From positions 28,770,001-28,834,000 of the forward strand of contig NW_024704742.1 of assembly GCF_018977255.1 (NCBI RefSeq): 64,000 nt of DNA. The letters run 5' to 3'. This document shows, one piece after another, positions 13,375-25,729 of the stretch. This DNA is from Callorhinchus milii (Eukaryota). The position numbers and the translations under genes are program-made. Numbering within the stretch: position 1 is the first letter of the stretch; each line of letters starts with the position of its first letter. Below the pieces are notes generated by a model that had not been told where the DNA came from, did not search any database, and saw only the letters and a list, made by a program, of their open reading frames with translations.

Positions 13375-13716
13375 TGGAGTCCTGTAGCGTATTCATTAGA
13401 GCACTCACCTCGCAAGCGAGAGGACCTGGGTGTGATTCCTGGGCAGGGCGAAACCCTAGGCAAGTTTCCTTACTCCACATGCAGTAATTAGGAACCTGAT
13501 TGTTGGTTCAGTTGGCGGATTGTTTTCCCAGGGTTAATAATCTATTAAAAAAAATGTGGTGACTCAATGCACGACTGTTTGTGGGATACTGCTGTGTGTA
13601 ATTGGCTGCTGCGTTTCGCTCACAAAATATACAGTCAATTCACTTTACAGTGTATTCTGTGAAGCTCTTTGAGACTATATCAAATGCAAGGATCATTATT
13701 ATATATATTATTATTA
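13375..13716 (+). mobile_element. SINE family A, long variant
   Basis: TGGAGTCCTGTAGC head, GGCAAGTTTCCTTACTCCAC, GCAGTAATTAGGAACC segment, Deu-like block, TATCAAATGCAAGGAT tail. Confidence 0.85.
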
Positions 13717-15199
13717 TGCAAAAAGCCAGATGATTAAACAAAAAGCTGGATGTTGAAAGAAAACTGAAATGGACCAATGTATTGGGAAGTTCTACATTTC
13801 TGGGAAACAAACTAAAAATAAAAGTAACTAGAAATGCTGCTATCAGTAACTGAGCCAAGGTTACCAAGGACTCCTGTGTCTCCCCTGGGCATGACCAAAA
13901 ACATTAGGAAGCTGCAGAGTCTGATTCAGTCAGCAAGTTCAAACATATTTGGCTGATTCTGCTAACCATGTTTTTTTTCCAGTAAATATATTGTTAGACA
14001 GAATCCAATGCAATAGCCCAGAAGTGAAAGGACAATGAGTGATTCATTACCGAATGCATTATAGACACCACTTATGGCTCGAAAGCTGCATCTTGATGCA
14101 TCAAATGAAAATGAACTGCTAATATATCCCTGCACCCGATATCAAATTCTGCAGCGAATAAATAATAAAATTGCTGGCCACAGGGTTAAGATCACAATCT
14201 CAAATTCCTACCCAAATTATTTCAATGCATTTGAAGAAGAATCCAATATGGAAATACAGTATTCCTCACTATTGAAAACAAATGGGTGAATGCTCTGTGC
14301 AGCTACTGGTAGCATCATATTGTAACAGCTAAACCTAGGCCAAACCTGACCTGAATTTGAAGCAGCTTTTCAGCTTTTCTTCAACTTCACCTCCACAAAA
14401 AGGGACAAAGCTTCAAACTTTCTCCCCATTAAATCACATATCTTCCGTGTACAAGGCGTGACAACTGGCTATGTTTGGAAATTCACAACTGGAGGAACCC
14501 CTGAGTTGTTCTGCTTCCTTTCTTTTTAATGTGCAGACATGAAAAATGTACGGTGTTAACAGCACAAAGTGTGCACTCAGCTGTAAGATTCAATGCACGA
14601 GCAGCTGTTTTCAAACAACAGCTTTTGTTTCTAATTGATACCTACATAGGTTTAAGATTAGCAAGTCTCCACACAAATAGGTAGATTTTGCAGTCACAAA
14701 GCTTTATTTCAGGACGCACAGAGATTGATACAGAAGAAAACTCTTATGTACTTTTGTAGAAAAAAAATGATAGTTATTGATTCCACATTTCCTCAGAGTC
14801 AACCTCAGGCAGTATTATTTGAAACTATAAAATATAATGAGCAGAAAGAGGTACAGCTGGTAGTGGAAAAAGTCATTAGGCCTGTTATTTGTTATTGAAT
14901 GTGAGGAGATCCTGTGGTGAAAATAACTTTTGGATAATAGTGTTCGGGTTTTAAAATGTAAATTTCAATCAGTAAGCAAAGGTTAGCAAAGCTCACCTTC
15001 ATAGCTACTTCATGATGTTTTTCTTTAAGCTACATGGTAAATGCATTTCCAATGATGTAATAAGGCGCTGTATCAAATGCAAGAATTATTATTATTATTT
15101 TTGGGGTCTTTCTGCTATTTGCTACATATGCTGTAATGACAAAAAATGAATACTGAAGTAACTTCTGAGCCAAATAGGCTTTATGTTTAACATCCAAGC

Positions 15200-16580
15200 C
15201 AGATGCAAAGCCAGGAACTTCCAACTCACCTTGGAGCTGCCCTCCTAGTGCTGGTCAACAGGACTCTCTCTGAAGCATGCACTCCGGTCAGTGTTCCAGA
15301 AAGCAATTGTGGTTTCTGTAAGAAGGGTGATGCTGGTAAGACCAATAACTACAGAGGGATCTCGCTGATTTCAGTGGCTCTTAAGGTGATGCTTTGAGTA
15401 ATCACTGCACGTGTATTGCACACATTGGAGGTTCATGGCTTGATCAGGAAGGAACAGGCTGGCTTCTGTTCTTGTGAAGAGGAATGTTTGAGACATTCTA
15501 TGAGATCGCAGAATGCCATAAGGCTGGAGGGAAACCCACAAAGGGGAAGTTCATCGACTTCTGCAAGGCTTTCTACCTGGTGAGCTCATTCCTCATATAA
15601 AGCTGGAAGCCATGGGAACACATGGACAAATCTTGGATTTTATCCGGATTGTGTATTCTAGCTCCAAGATCTGTGCAAGGGCTGACAGTGGACTGACTGA
15701 ACCTATCCCTCTGGAAAGGAGGGCAAGGCAAGGCTGCCCATTGTTACCCACCCTATTGAATATATTTATCACTGACGTGTTGGGTGGCTTTGAAAGGGAA
15801 GGACTTAATGTGTCTGTTACAGACCTCTCTGTAAGCATTGTGGGGCATCTGACTGTGAACAATATTGTGCTGCTGGTGGACTCACTTGAGTATCTTATGA
15901 GTTGCACTTATCTTGGCCGCCCAGTGAGACATGATGGTGGGTGGGTGCCCCCCACGTACAGAATCATGGTTCTGCATGACTCAAGAGAAGACATTTAGGG
16001 TATTGTTTGGAAGGTACAAGGGGCATCTTTCTCAGTAGTTGATTCTTACCAGTACCTGGGAATATGGTGGACATTTGCTTGCACACTGTCCTGAAGAACC
16101 TTGTAGAGAAGGGGAAAGGACACTCTGGTCATGCTCTCTTCAAGAAAAATAGGTCCCAATGCAGGTCAAGCTTGTGGCATATAAGAACTGTGTGTATACA
16201 GTTTTCCTGAGGATACAGTGGAGAGGCTTCCTCCAACCTATTTGCAAAGTCCAGGATCAAGCAGTGAGGTGGAACTGTGGCAAACACAGGAAGTGACTTC
16301 AGGGAAGGAGGGCTCTGGCCTGTACTGACCTGTCGCTAAGCTCCCTAAAGGCGGAGGCGGCTTCACAGTGGGCACATCTATTTGCCACTGCCCTTCACAT
16401 GAGTACCTGTGTTAAACAGCTGGTGCTGAGTAAGACTAATACGTGGCATTGGACTTGGACCTCGAGAACATCAAGGTGGCTGGCAAGTCGCAAGCTGGCC
16501 TGTAAAGGTCCTCCCACCAACCTGAAAGCAGATGTCTATCAGATGGCTGATGCTGCAGAAAAAAATGTGTTTTGAGAATA
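15200..16580 (+). mobile_element. decayed non-LTR retrotransposon RT, not L2/CR1 (RTE-group-like, clade uncertain)
   Basis: Collinear motifs across stops and frameshifts: KKGD...NNYRGISLISV, IRKEQAGF, FIDFCKAF, RQGCPLLPTLLNIFITD, degenerate TVNNIVLL at the YADD position, VVDSYQYLGI, VPMQVKL..K, YSGE, TWTSRTSRWL. Confidence 0.9.
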
Positions 16581-18223
16581 ACTCAAAGGAAAGTTTAGTG
16601 TGGAAAGATATAGATGAAAACTGTTGCAGATGTGGTACTCTGGGCTAATCTATACCATGCTTTTTTCTGAATTTATTCCATAGAAAATGAATGGTTGATT
16701 ATGGAGATCACATATCTGAGGGGGTTGTGCCTCTAATGTTCTTGAAGGTAGCTTGATAGTTGCATAGAAGTGCCTTGCATTAAGCGCTCCAGCAAGCTAC
16801 CCAGTGTGAATGGTGCTATATAAATGCAAGTTGTTGTTGCATTACTGCACCAAAAAACAGTACTGGCAGTACGGGTGATGCTGGCAAATTAATCATTATT
16901 GGTGGAATCGCCTATCCCTGGTGCATGAGTGCTGTGTTCAGACTCTCTCCTGAGGCTCAGTCTGGCTCAAGATAACATTCAGATCAGATCAGCTCATCTT
17001 AAAATTGCCGGCCTTCATTCCGACAGTAGTTGGCCAAGGGGCATCGAGGGCTCCACAAGGCGGAAGTGAGTAACTGCCAGGACTGAACAGTTTTAACAGA
17101 AGAGTGGCTGCAAACAGACCACAGAGCAGAAGTAATTTAAATGACAGCTCTGCCAGGAGCACATAACGTAAAACAGCCAAAGGAATCCACCAAGTGTGCA
17201 ATGATTTGATTCAATCAAGGTGAATCTTAAATTATAAGAGGTGAATAAGGGACATCTGAGGGAATACGGGGAGGGAAAAGGACCAGAGAGCAATTAAGCA
17301 AACAGAATGCAGGTTTTCTATTTAAATCTAATTTTATCCAAGTCAGTTTGCGAGCAGGTAATTTCAAAGGAAAGTGGTGTACTTGGCTTTAAATCTGTGG
17401 GATTGTAATAGCAGAACCATCTAATTTGCATCACGTGGTACTTTGCAAACCACAGTGAGTATCTCCAATGTAAAAGTAACCTGTGCTTAATATGTAGGTT
17501 TTGCATCTCTAAAATCAATTGTTTATTCCACTGCCCTAACAGTATTCCAGGACAGGGAATACTTATGGTTCTGTGCCATAAATGTCTATGGTATTTATAG
17601 CCCAGTGTTATAAACGGTTTCAACTCTCCAAGATGCTATGCTGTGTGATGGGTACTACATAAACGTAAGTTATTGTTGTTGGTGGTGGTGTTTATAGTTC
17701 CATAGACAACAACAACAAATTTGTGCTTATATAGCACCTTTCATGTTGGGATGACGTTCCAAAGCACTGGGTTTGCATCGGAGCTTGAGGAGACATGTGA
17801 GTGGGGATAAAGATTTTCCATTTTAGATGAACTCATCTTGATATACAACAAAATGGCAAGAAATAACGCCTCTAAGACCAAAGTTATCGTTATTATTTTA
17901 AAATGTGTGGGCAAGAGCAGTGGAGGAGTTCTGAGGAGGCAGCAACAATAATTCATTGTGATATAGATGTGTCTCCATATTTGATAATTAGAGCAACTGC
18001 ACAATGAATATATTTGGTTTTCTCCTCTGCTGCTCCTCCCCTGCAGGTGATGACTTGTGCCAGAATACAATTCCTTGGACATTGGTGAATTTACAGCATC
18101 TCACCTAATAATGATCATTCTTATATTTGATTACTCCCTTTCATGTTGGAAGGACTCAAAGCACTTCTCAGGATAAACTACAAAATGTTGTGACAGTGTT
18201 TTGAGAGTGAGTTTTTGTTTGGT

Positions 18224-18500
18224 CAGCCGGGTGTCTGACACATGCTTAAGAGTACCCAAACTAAGCTGAGCATTCCAAGCATCCCACCCTACACATGGAC
18301 ATCCCAGAGATAGACTGTTTGAATGGAATGCGCCCTCTCTCGCTGGAGAGATGCATCCTGCTAACCTAATTCTAGAAAGTATTAGGCGCAGGTTGGCAAG
18401 AGCCAAGGTTTGGGGATCCCAGATTGTGCGTTGGAGTACTGCTGAAGTCTAACCAGCTAAAACCGCATAATCTGCCATGTGGGATGACTCCCTGCCTCCA
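18224..18500 (-). repeat. unclassified dispersed repeat, copy 1
   Basis: Reverse complement aligns to 27973-28358 (e.g. GGTTTTAGCTGGTTAGACT, CTCTTGCCAACCT.CGCCTAATACTTTC, TTAGGTTAGCAGGATGCATC). Strand is given relative to copy 2. Confidence 0.8.
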
Positions 18501-18693
18501 GAGACTGCAGCATTCAGCAGTTTTAATGGAGTATTCTAACAATGGGAGGAAGAGAGGACATCGTGACTGAGCTCTGCTGAGAGACAATTCTCTTCTGGTT
18601 AGAAGTAATCTATGTGATTACCAACATTTATGTGATTAGCCTTCTGGATAATATTTTGTATCTGAAAAATATTTTTATAAGTGTTTGTGTACA

Positions 18694-19024
18694 TGGAGTC
18701 CTGTAACTCAGTGGTTAGAGCACTCGCTTTGCAAGTGAGAGACCTGAGTTCAATTCCAGGCAGAGGGCGAAACCTTGGGCAAGTTTCCTTACTCCACACA
18801 GAGCCTAATAATAATCCCTCCAAAACAAAACAATAATAAATTGGTCATTTTTAATCTACGACTGTTTGTGGGACATTGCTGTGCGCAATTGGCTGCCGCG
18901 TTCGCCCACAAATGTACAGTCGATTCACTTTACAGTGTGTTCTGTGAAGCGCTTTGGGACGTCCTCCCGACGTGAAAAGCGCTATATCAAATGCAAGGAT
19001 TATTATTATTATTATTATTATTAT
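18694..19024 (+). mobile_element. SINE family A, short variant, full length and young
   Basis: A box TAACTCAGTGG, B box GTTCAATTCC, ACCTTGGGCAAGTTT, Deu-like block with intact CpGs, tail AGCGCTTTGGGACGTCCTCCCGACGTGAAAAGCGCT then (ATT)n. Confidence 0.92.
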
Positions 19025-19389
19025 CTTGGGAGAAGATGCTTATGATGAAATTTTCCCATTGGACATCCAAACAGCCAAATTCACTATTTTAGCAACTTGT
19101 GTATTTTCTCACTTCCAGTATCTCACATATTCCCACAAAATATAATAATAATAATCCTTACATTTGATATGACATCTCATGTCAGGAGGATGTCTTAAAC
19201 TAAGCGTTTCACAGGATATACTGTAAAATATAGTGACTGTGTATTTTTTGAAAGCAAGAACTCAACGATCAACAACAACAACCACTTGCACTTATATAGC
19301 GCCCTCCACATGGGGTAGCGTCTCAGAGTGCTTAACAGTAGCGAGCTGGAGGAGCAGGAACTCCATCCAATCAGTCCTTCCCGATGTTG

Positions 19390-19515
19390 GTGACACTGAG
19401 GCTATTTACAGAGCCCTGCCACCACTGTACCTAAACTCAGCAGAGAACAAGGATTATATCTGGGAGTTTCCTGTTCTGTATGGCTCAGTTCCACCACACA
19501 CTGAATTTGCTCACT
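19390..19515 (-). mobile_element. old SINE family B head fragment
   Basis: Antisense of GGAACTGAGCCATACAGAACAGGAA...TCTGCTGAGTT, shared with 42560-42610. Confidence 0.55.
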
Positions 19516-21324
19516 GATTATACAAAGACTTTCTCTCATATGATCCTGTGTGATTCATTCCAAAATCACACAAGAGTTCAAGATGATTAGTTTGGCATTT
19601 TGAGCAGGATATCTCGTTAATTTTTTTTGGTAAAGGATGACAGTTTAAAAAAAAGTGCAGATCTTGAAGCTGCAAAGGAAATTCAGCCCACTGAGGAGTG
19701 CAGGTGTTGTTAACTGCAAGCTGTGAAAAGAACTCAGCTTGTGAAGAGGAAATAGTTACATCTATAATTGTTGTTATCCCATTATATGAACGCTGAAGCA
19801 ATTTAAAGCGGGAACGAATCGTTGCAATTTAAAACAAGAGCAATTTGTTGAAATTATAATTGCCCCATGATCACTTTGTTATCTGCCAAGGAAACATCTG
19901 AGGTTTTAAAAGCTTATGGTAAACCGCCAGTTTAGCAAAAGGATGTTGTATTTGTAGTTCCTACTCTTTGTAAGAAGCATAATTTAAATTGTAAACCTTG
20001 TATCAGCCTTTGTCCTGTTTGCAAAGACTTGCATGTGGATCGCAGCAGGTAAATAAATTATAAGCAAAAGACTCAAGCAACACAGTCGCCTTTCCCGTGT
20101 GCAAGACTTTCAGAAGCTGTGTAGGTGTTATTTAGAAGGGGTTGAATCAGACATGAATTATTCATCCCGAGGTTTCTCAACTCCTTTGAAATGCGGCATG
20201 CATGCAGCCTGTCAGAACACAGATACCAGTGTTCCAGCACAATAACACTACAGTTGGGCTGAGTGGCTCATGGCTCCATTGACTTACAGTGAGAAATGCA
20301 AATTGGGGCTGTCATTCTGCAATTTTAGAAAAGGTTCAATCAGCTTATTGATTTTATATTGCCTTTAATTAGATGGACCTGATTTAGAGGGAGGGAAGAA
20401 TAAAACATGCTATAAGCATTATTGTATAATGACTTGTCTGATTGTATCAATTCGACTCTTAACTGCACTAAGTTCACACACAGTTTGCGAAATTAGAATT
20501 AAATTTCTTCCAGTAATTCAGAGCAATATGAAAGAATAATGGGATTCAACTGTGAAAAAAATGTGCCCATACTTGAAAGATGATTTAGTTATTTTTTCTG
20601 TAGTTGATTTCCGTATCATTTTATTTATTTCACACATCTGTACAATCAGAAAGGATTAATGTAAAGAAATGTAATAATTTTTATCTTTTCCCCTACAAGC
20701 AATTTTGAATTCAATAGCCGTGAAGAACAGCATTGTTCATCATCATGTTGCTGTGCTTTCAGGCATAAGATTGCTACGCTATTCTTAATGGCAACCACAA
20801 GCACTTTTTGAGTATTTATGCGAGTGAGGAACAATTGTGTATTTCTGATCATTTCCCATAAGCCAGGCACATGCAGTCCTTTGGCATTGGGCTTGAGATG
20901 TACGTTGACCATAACTTGACCCACTTATTGGGACTGCATGAGCTTATCATAAGTGCATCGACTCTGCATTCACCAACTTCCTTCAGATTGCATACACTCA
21001 GTCTAAGCAACCTTTACTCTTCTCACAATCCCAAGGCTGTATCACTAAGACTTGAGTTCATCTTTGCTCTTTGATGGACCAATGAATTCCATTCAACTCT
21101 TCGAAGACATGGGGATAAAAGGTGGTACTGTGGAATTCCTTAAAAAGGTCTCTGAATGGCAAATGGAAACTCATTCCAGTAACTGGAAAAAAATAACGTC
21201 AGGCTATACTCTTGATGTGATCTATTTTCTTTATACACTTTATACTAAATTTTGTAAAGGACTTTAACATAGCTTCCTGATGCGAAAGGCACTGTATCAA
21301 AGTCAAAGGATTCTTATTAATAAT

Positions 21325-21640
21325 AAACAATAATAATCTTTACATTTGGTTTAGCACCTTTCAGGTCACAAAAATGTCTCAAAATGCTTCACAGGATATA
21401 AGGTAAAGTGTAGTGCTTTGTGTTTTGTGGGCAAACATGGCAGCCAATTTTCACACAGCATTGTCCTACAAACATTCATGAAGTGGTTGACCAATTTTAT
21501 TTGGGGGATTGTTGGTCAGAATACCAACAGAAACTCCCTTCTCTTTTTGAATAATGCCATGGGATTTTAAAGTCCACCTTAACAGATAGAGGGATTTTGG
21601 TTTAATGGGTGATTCTACTGCCAACTGAGCCATGCTGACA
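21325..21640 (-). mobile_element. old Deu-type SINE with internal deletion
   Basis: Tail, antisense Deu (GGCAGCCAATTTTCACACAGCATTGTCCTACAAAC; ATAATGCCATGGGATTTTAAAGTCCACC) and head end CCAACTGAGCCATGCTGACA. Confidence 0.75.
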
Positions 21641-21814
21641 AATAATCATTTATTATGATTAGAATTATTTTTACTTCTGTAAATTGTATAATTGACCTCA
21701 GTGCCCCTGGTTGGGATAAAGAAAATTTTGTTAGGGGTCTTGCTTGTGTGAATGTCAGATGGAGGTAGATATGGCTCAGTTATGATGCCCTCAAAGTTGA
21801 AGAAAGTCTGATTA

Positions 21815-22337
21815 AAAAATGTACAAGGGGACTGGCACTGCCTAGGGTGCGGAGGAGATTTACGAGGATGGTACCAGGAATGGGGACCCTGATTATGAGG
21901 AAAGGCTAGAGAGGCTGGGATTATTCTCATTGAAGTAGAGAAGGTTGCGAGGAGACCTAATAGAGGTCTTCAAAATCATGAGGGGATTTGATAGGTTAGA
22001 AAGGGAAAAACTGTTTCCACTGGTGGGTGTGTCAGTGACTCGAGGTCACAGATTCAAAATAGTCTCTAAAAGAAGCAGAGGGGAGTAGAGAAGAAATTTT
22101 TTCACGCAGTGAGTTGTTCGAATCTGGAACGCATTGCCTGAAAGGGTGGTGGAGGCTGATTCGATAACTACTTCTAAAAACGCGGTGGACGAGTATTTGA
22201 GTAGGATGGGTTTGCAGGATTATGGGGAAAGGGTTGGGGAGTGGGATTGACATAAATTGCTCTATTCAAAAAGCCGGCACAAACTCGATGGGCCGAATGG
22301 CCTCTTTTTGTGCTGTACGATTCTATGATTCTATGAT
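21815..22337 (+). mobile_element. CR1 LINE 3' fragment
   Basis: Encodes RRRFTRMVPGM..YEERLERLGLFSL..RRLRGDLIEVFKIMRGFDR..TRGHRFKI; ends in ATGGGCCGAATGGCCT and (TTCTATGA)n. Confidence 0.9.
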
Positions 22338-22954
22338 ACCTTTGGAAATGTATCTAAATATCAATGGTCACCTTCAAGAGAAGATGGGAAATGGAGCAAA
22401 TATTGGAGGGAAAAACAGATTCATTCTAATAATTCAATACATTATTTGGAGGGTGGGGGGCAGAGATATCAATTGTGAGCAGGAAAAAGAATCTGTAGTC
22501 TGCATTCATTCAGAAAAAATCCCATGGAAGCTTTCTTGTCTAAAATAATCAGAGCAATGCTAAATATGGTAAATACTGTCTCATATCACTGAAAAGGGGA
22601 TTTTGCTCTGCACATGGCCTTCCTCTCTCCTCTGTAGCTGCAGTGTTCCTAGCAATTAATTTCAAGTACATCATGTGTCTCACTAAATGATTCCACAAAT
22701 CCAGACAGGATCAATAAGGTTCAATAGCACAAACAGAACCACTTGTGTTACAATTTTATGAAATAAGAACTCAACAGAAATGTAATGAAACGTAATAATG
22801 TCCCATTCGTTGACTTTGGGTCTACTCACTTAAGTCTTTTAGAGACTGAGTAGTCTCAGGTTTTTCGCAATTTCTGTATCCTTCAAATGGCTTGGAATAG
22901 CTTCACTTAGCTCATTAAAGCCACTTCCCAGGTTGAAACATGCAGACATGGTAG

Positions 22955-23110
22955 TTAAATACAATTGGCTTCACTGAACCTGGCCTAGGAGGGGGAAATT
23001 AGTCAGTCTACCTGCATCTAATTCCAATCTCATGATCTCCTGCTATAAAATGTGTGTGTCTCCACATCAAGTGAGGTCAGCATTAGCTGGGCTGTGATCC
23101 CTTTGGGATG
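22955..23110 (+). mobile_element. old SINE family B body fragment
   Basis: ACAATTGGCTTCACTG..CCTGGCCTAGGAGGGGGAAATTAGTCAG...GTGTGTGT...GTGAGGTCAGCATTAGCTGGGCTGTGAT, homologous to 6365-6580. Confidence 0.55.
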
Positions 23111-23476
23111 AGCACAGATAATTAGAATGTGAATAAAGTCATTTGGAACAATAATCTGAGTTCAAATTAAAGACATGAAATCTTGGGGCAAAGGTTGTGG
23201 TATTCCTTAACACATTCCATGTCTTACGTAACACAGTGAACATATTAAGGAAAATGTATTTCTGTTGGTTACTTAACACACCCTTCCTTAGGAATTTTAC
23301 AGATTAATAATTCTTGCATTCTGGTATAACCTATTATCATGTCGTTGAGAAGTCTCAAAGTGTTTCACAGGATATACTGTAAAGTGGTGTGACTGTGTAA
23401 TTTGTGGGCAAACTCCTTACATAGAGTTACAGCCAGATTCCAGGCTTACACTTGGAAACTGACCACATAAAATTGG

Positions 23477-23698
23477 TTCAAAAACAAAGAGCTGGGAAAA
23501 CTCAGCAGGTCAGGCAGCATCTATGGAGAAAGGAAAGTGAGTAAACGTTTTGGGTCCACGACTCTTCGAAGGGTCGTCGTGGACCCGAAACGTTGACTCA
23601 CTTTCCTTTCCCTATAGATGCTGCTTGAACTGCTGAGTCTTCCCAGCAATCTCTGTTTTTGTTTCAGATTCCAGCATCTGCAGAATTTTGTGTTTTGT
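23477..23698. mobile_element. fold-back (palindromic) Penelope-like terminal-repeat insertion with 12-bp TSD
   Basis: Arms 23480-23567 and 23568-23660 are inverted copies centred on TTCGAA. ACATAAAATTGG is directly repeated at 23465-23476 and 23699-23710. GAAGGGTC-loop-GACCCGAAACGTT resembles the hammerhead half of Penelope pLTRs. Confidence 0.8.
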
Positions 23699-25182
23699 AC
23701 ATAAAATTGGCTTCTAGTTTATTTTTAACCAGCGAATGGGCACCTGACCAGAAAAGTGCCTGCGGGGTAATTGGATGCTAAGAAGAGCATGCTGAATACA
23801 GTTAAGTTATTCAATAGTAAGGATGTCACAAGATCACTAGATTGATTTGGATGAAAACGCTGTTAATTATCCTCTGAGTAAAGAAAAACTTCCTAGTGTC
23901 TGTCCTTAAATTGCCTTTTGCACTTCTAAACTTGTATCCTCTTGTTCTGCACCAATTAAGGAGCTAGAAAGAAATACAGGGGTTTACAAAGATTTTGAAA
24001 GGCTTACAACGAATTTACAGTTCAGAAGCAAGCCACTTAGCCCAACCAGTCCATGCTGGTGTTTATACTCCACGTGAATCTCCTCCTCCTCTTCTCTCCT
24101 TCCCATTACCTTCTATTCCTTTCTCCCTCACTTAAAGGTCCATCTTCCTCTTGAATGGATCTATACTATCTAATTCAACCATTTCTTCAGGAGGCGAGTT
24201 CAATGCTTCAGAAGAGAAGGAATGTCTTTAACAAAGGGCTTGATGCTATAATTGGATATAGTTAATGGTATTCTAGAAGGATGAACCATAGAATCATAGA
24301 AATTCACAATACAAAAGCAGGTAGCCCATTGTCAGCTTGTTAGCTCTTTTAAGAGCAATCTTTTTAGTCCCTTTTGATTGTCAGCACCACTTCAGCAAAG
24401 GCTTAATTTCAACCTTGCTGGACACTACTGGGTTAACACCTCCACGCAAAGAGAACCAAGCAGAAGTCTATGACTACAAAACACTTAATAAGAAAGTCCT
24501 TCAATAATGGATGAATTATTTGCTGAACTAAACCCATACTATTAGTTGAAAAGCAAATGGTTTCAAGACTAAATCATTGTATTAATCGGTCTTGTCAGTG
24601 AAACAGGTGATTAGACAGCCTCCTTGGTTCATTTTCATGCACAGGTGGGGTGGGATACAATAATCACTTGGGATAAAAAATCAGCAGGCCTGACAGAAGC
24701 AATCCCACGAGGGAGAGTCAAAGGCGCAAACTGTCTCCAAGCAATTTGATATATACTTCAACTACTTCCCTAATCCTCAGATATACAATGAGATGTCTGT
24801 GTGTGCTTTCATTTTCTGATACAACCCCATGGATTGCTATTTCCCTGTGATGAACTGCAGCAGCCAAAGTAGCTCTCGCATGTCAATGACATGTGGTGTT
24901 CTTTGAGAGGACAGAGGCAACTCCATTGCTTTGCAAACTTTCCAGATTGTGTCTACAGGATTGGAATCAGCACATGTAAGTTTACCTTGAAGCAGGCTGT
25001 TTTTGTAAAGTTTATCACACTCGGCATGAATAACAGACTCCATTTAATGTAAATACTGTCTGTGACTAAGAATGCATCAGATTGCTAGAATGCAAAGTTA
25101 TTTATTGTGGCTTGTCTGCCCTTCACATTTTTTCATTAGCTTCTTGACAACCAAAACCCAAACGATCTTGTTTTACTTTACA

Positions 25183-25500
25183 TGGAGTCCTGGTAGCTCA
25201 GTGGTTAGAGCACTCGCCTCACAAGCGAGAGACCTAGTTTCAATTCCCGGCAGGGCGAAACCTTGGGCAAGTTTCCTTACTCCACACTCTGATAATAGTT
25301 CCCTCAAGAAAAAAAACAATAATAATGTGGTCACTGCAATCCATGAATGTTTGTGGGACACTGCTGTGCGCAATTGGCTGCCACTTTTCGCCCACAAAAA
25401 TGCAGTCAATTCACTTTACAGTATATTCTGTGAAGCGCTTTGAGACGTCTAGAAGATGTGAAAAGGGCTATATCAAATGCAAGGATTATTATTATTATTA
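25183..25500 (+). mobile_element. SINE family A, short variant, full length
   Basis: TGGAGTCCTGGTAGCTCAGTGGTTAGAGC head, B box, Deu-like block, tail and (TTA)n. Confidence 0.9.
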
Positions 25501-25729
25501 ATCTGCTCATCAGTTGGCAAATGCTGTTTTTCCTGCCGATGCCATAATTATATTCCTATTTACTTTCCCTTTGTCTTTTACGTTTTTATTTCAGTTATTC
25601 TCTTGAGTGTATTTTGTTTCTCTTACTTCCTTCTTATGTTTCCGTTATTTCTTGATCAGCACTATCCCACACTGGGACTAGCAGTGTGAAAAAAAGATAA
25701 TTCTGCGGGGGGGGGGAACAAAAACTTAC

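Noticed and set aside
18047..18084. 38-nt plus-strand exon after a strong polypyrimidine tract
   Set aside because: Weak donor (GTGAAT), unrecognised peptide, no compatible neighbouring exons.
18694..18770. tRNA gene
   Set aside because: A and B boxes are present, but there is no closing acceptor stem and it continues into a SINE body. The same holds for all other heads.
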